Below are positions 62,334-64,000 of a DNA stretch of 64,000 nt, piece after piece. The translations under genes and the position numbers were made by a program. The DNA comes from an uncultured Gemmatimonadales bacterium (lineage in GTDB: Bacteria > Gemmatimonadota > Gemmatimonadetes > Longimicrobiales > Longimicrobiaceae): the NCBI GenBank assembly GCA_963716255.1, contig OY970303.1, positions 5,376,001-5,440,000 on the forward strand. The letters are read 5' to 3'. Position 1 is the first letter of the stretch. Each line of letters begins with the position of its first letter. The notes beneath the pieces are model-generated. The model had not been told where the DNA came from. It was given only the letters and a program-made list of their open reading frames with translations, and ran no database searches.

Positions 62334-62581
62334 CTCCCTGAGCCGATCGTGTACCCTCCGCCGCGCTCGGTAGAGCTTCCGCCGGCCGGTGTCTCCGTGG
62401 TGGAGGTGCCGGCCGGCATGGTCTGGGTACTGTCCGGTTCTACCAAACGGCTGCCTGAGCCGATGGTGTATCCTCCTCCATCGAAGAGTGGACCCTCCGA
62501 TGCGAGGGGCGCCGTGTTGTTGCAGGCGGCGAGTCCGATGCCGAGCGCGGAAATCGCGAGAATGGTGCGCAAGTCCTTCAT
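62330..62581 (-). CDS. Small secreted/lipoprotein-like peptide precursor with two GGGYTIGSGS repeats (83 aa)
   Basis: RBS AGGA; MKDLRTILAISALGIGLAAC signal/lipobox. The repeats differ only at synonymous sites. Confidence 0.8.
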   Translation of the reverse strand: MKDLRTILAISALGIGLAACNNTAPLASEGPLFDGGGYTIGSGSRLVEPDSTQTMPAGTSTTETPAGGSSTERGGGYTIGSGS

Positions 62582-62991
62582 GGTTCCTATCCTCGATCGT
62601 GGGTGAGTGGTGGGTGTCACGATCCTACGTTACTCCCCCCGCATCCCACCCGCCAGCAAGCACCACCAAGGTCAAGGGCCGCGAACCGTCCCATCGAGGG
62701 GGCTGGTGCGATTGCCGCGATCTGGCAGTAACTACAGACGACACCTGCCTCATGTCATCGTGAGATGGGAGAATCGGCGAATGCGCATACAATCCGCCAA
62801 CAGACCATACCGACACGGAGCCATGGTTCGGGCGGGTGGTTGCTACGATAGAGTGCTGGCAATTGCTCACGCAGTGCCGCGGTTCTTTCTCGCTCGAGTC
62901 GTTGGCCCGCCATTTGGGATCAACGTCCAATCAATAATTCGAGCGCAGCATTCCGGAGGCGCCGCCGCCCCGCGCCCGCTATACTGGCGCC

Positions 62992-64000
62992 ATGGACACC
63001 ATCGCCACCGCGCCCACGCTCTCGCGCGACGACATGCTGGCGCGCATGTACGCCAGCGACCCCGCCGCCGACGGCCGCTTCCTCACCGGCGTGCTGACGA
63101 CCGGCATCTACTGCCTCCCGTCGTGCCGCGCCCGCAAGCCCAACGCCGAGAACGTCCGCTTCTTCGCGACGGAGGACGAGGCGCGCGGCGCCGGGCTCCG
63201 GCCCTGCCGCCGCTGCCGCCCGCACCACTTCTACGAGCGGTACGACCCCGACCTCCACCTCGCCGCCGGCATCGCCGAGCGGATCCGGCGCGACCCCGGC
63301 TCGCTTCCGGGGCTGGACGACGTGGTCCGCGCCTCCGGAGTGGGCGCCACCAGGCTGCACGCCCTCTTCCGGCGCCACTACCACACCACGCCGGCCGCCT
63401 ACCTGGCCCGCGCCCGCGTGTCCGCCGCCCGCGCGCTGCTCGCCGTCGGCGCGTCCGGCGCGAGCGAGACGGCCTTCGCCGTCGGCTTCGAATCCGTCTC
63501 CACTTTCTACGACCGCTTCCGCCGCCACACCGGCCTCGCTCCCGGCGAGTACCGCCGGCTGGGCGAGCATCCCCGCTTCCGGCTGCGGCTCCCGGCGGAC
63601 TACCTCCCCGCGTACGCGCTCCTCATGCTGGGGCGCGACCCGGCGAGCCGCACCGAGGGCGCGCGCGGGAGCGCCGCGTACAAGACCCTGCGCCTTCCGG
63701 GAGGCCCGGCGACCCTGCGGATGGAATTCCGCGACGGCGCCGCGGAGTGCTCGGTCGACGCGGCCCGCGCCCTGGTGCCGGAGGACGTACGCGCCGCGCA
63801 CGCCGCCGCGGTGCGTCTCCTTGGCCTGGGCGAGGACCCGGCCCCGTTCGAGCGGCGGGCCGCCGAGCGGGGCGACGGGCGGCTGGTGGAGGGCCGGCGC
63901 GGGCTCCGCGTCCCGCTGACCGCCGACCCGTGGGAAGCGCTCGTCTGGGCCGTCGTCGGCCAGCAGGTGAACCTGCCCTTCGCGTGCGCGCTGCGCCGCG
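62992..64000 (+). CDS. Ada metal-binding/AraC/AlkA bifunctional DNA repair protein; 3'-truncated by window edge
   Basis: Read directly from DNA (absent from the ORF track): DGRFLTGVLTTGIYCLPSCRAR, GLRPCRRC, AraC HTH AFAVGFESVSTFYDRF, WEALVWAVVGQQV. Confidence 0.92.
   Translation, partial: MDTIATAPTLSRDDMLARMYASDPAADGRFLTGVLTTGIYCLPSCRARKPNAENVRFFATEDEARGAGLRPCRRCRPHHFYERYDPDLHLAAGIAERIRRDPGSLPGLDDVVRASGVGATRLHALFRRHYHTTPAAYLARARVSAARALLAVGASGASETAFAVGFESVSTFYDRFRRHTGLAPGEYRRLGEHPRFRLRLPADYLPAYALLMLGRDPASRTEGARGSAAYKTLRLPGGPATLRMEFRDGAAECSVDAARALVPEDVRAAHAAAVRLLGLGEDPAPFERRAAERGDGRLVEGRRGLRVPLTADPWEALVWAVVGQQVNLPFACALRR

Noticed and set aside
62920..63801. 293-aa minus-strand ORF
   Set aside because: Shadow of the Ada/AlkA gene on the + strand.

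Overview
High-GC bacterial chromosomal window. The gene content and repeat style suggest Gemmatimonadota (Longimicrobium-like); this is inference only. 1-24.3 kb holds two convergent NRPS units: the end of an NRPS with an N-methyltransferase-interrupted A domain plus a C-A-PCP NRPS on +, and a 6395-aa NRPS-PKS hybrid (5 NRPS modules plus one KS-AT-ACP) on -. No thioesterase is visible. 24.8-28.2 kb holds small accessory genes. 28.2-34.5 kb is a decaying island at tRNA-Pro(GGG) with a broken tyrosine integrase, an IS630 remnant and an Ig/M23 lipoprotein. 34.5-54.2 kb is mostly housekeeping (M61 peptidase, proline dehydrogenase, cold-shock protein, class II aldolase, a sigma54 signalling module, smpB, amidase, pyrF, MscS, cysS). 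54.2-64 kb holds tRNA-Thr, an AT-richer HEPN-motif gene, tRNA-Gly with an ABC-exporter islet bounded by a tRNA-Gly 3' duplicate, a TPR protein/secreted repeat-peptide pair and a partial Ada/AlkA gene. The most notable signals are: (1) a candidate RRNPP-like peptide-signalling pair (TPR protein plus a lipoprotein-like precursor with two GGGYTIGSGS copies); (2) a five-copy ~150-nt structured repeat with clear stem covariation, one sub-hairpin of which also forms a three-unit array upstream of smpB; (3) a histidine-kinase-like protein with a degenerate ATP-binding domain in a sigma54 module.
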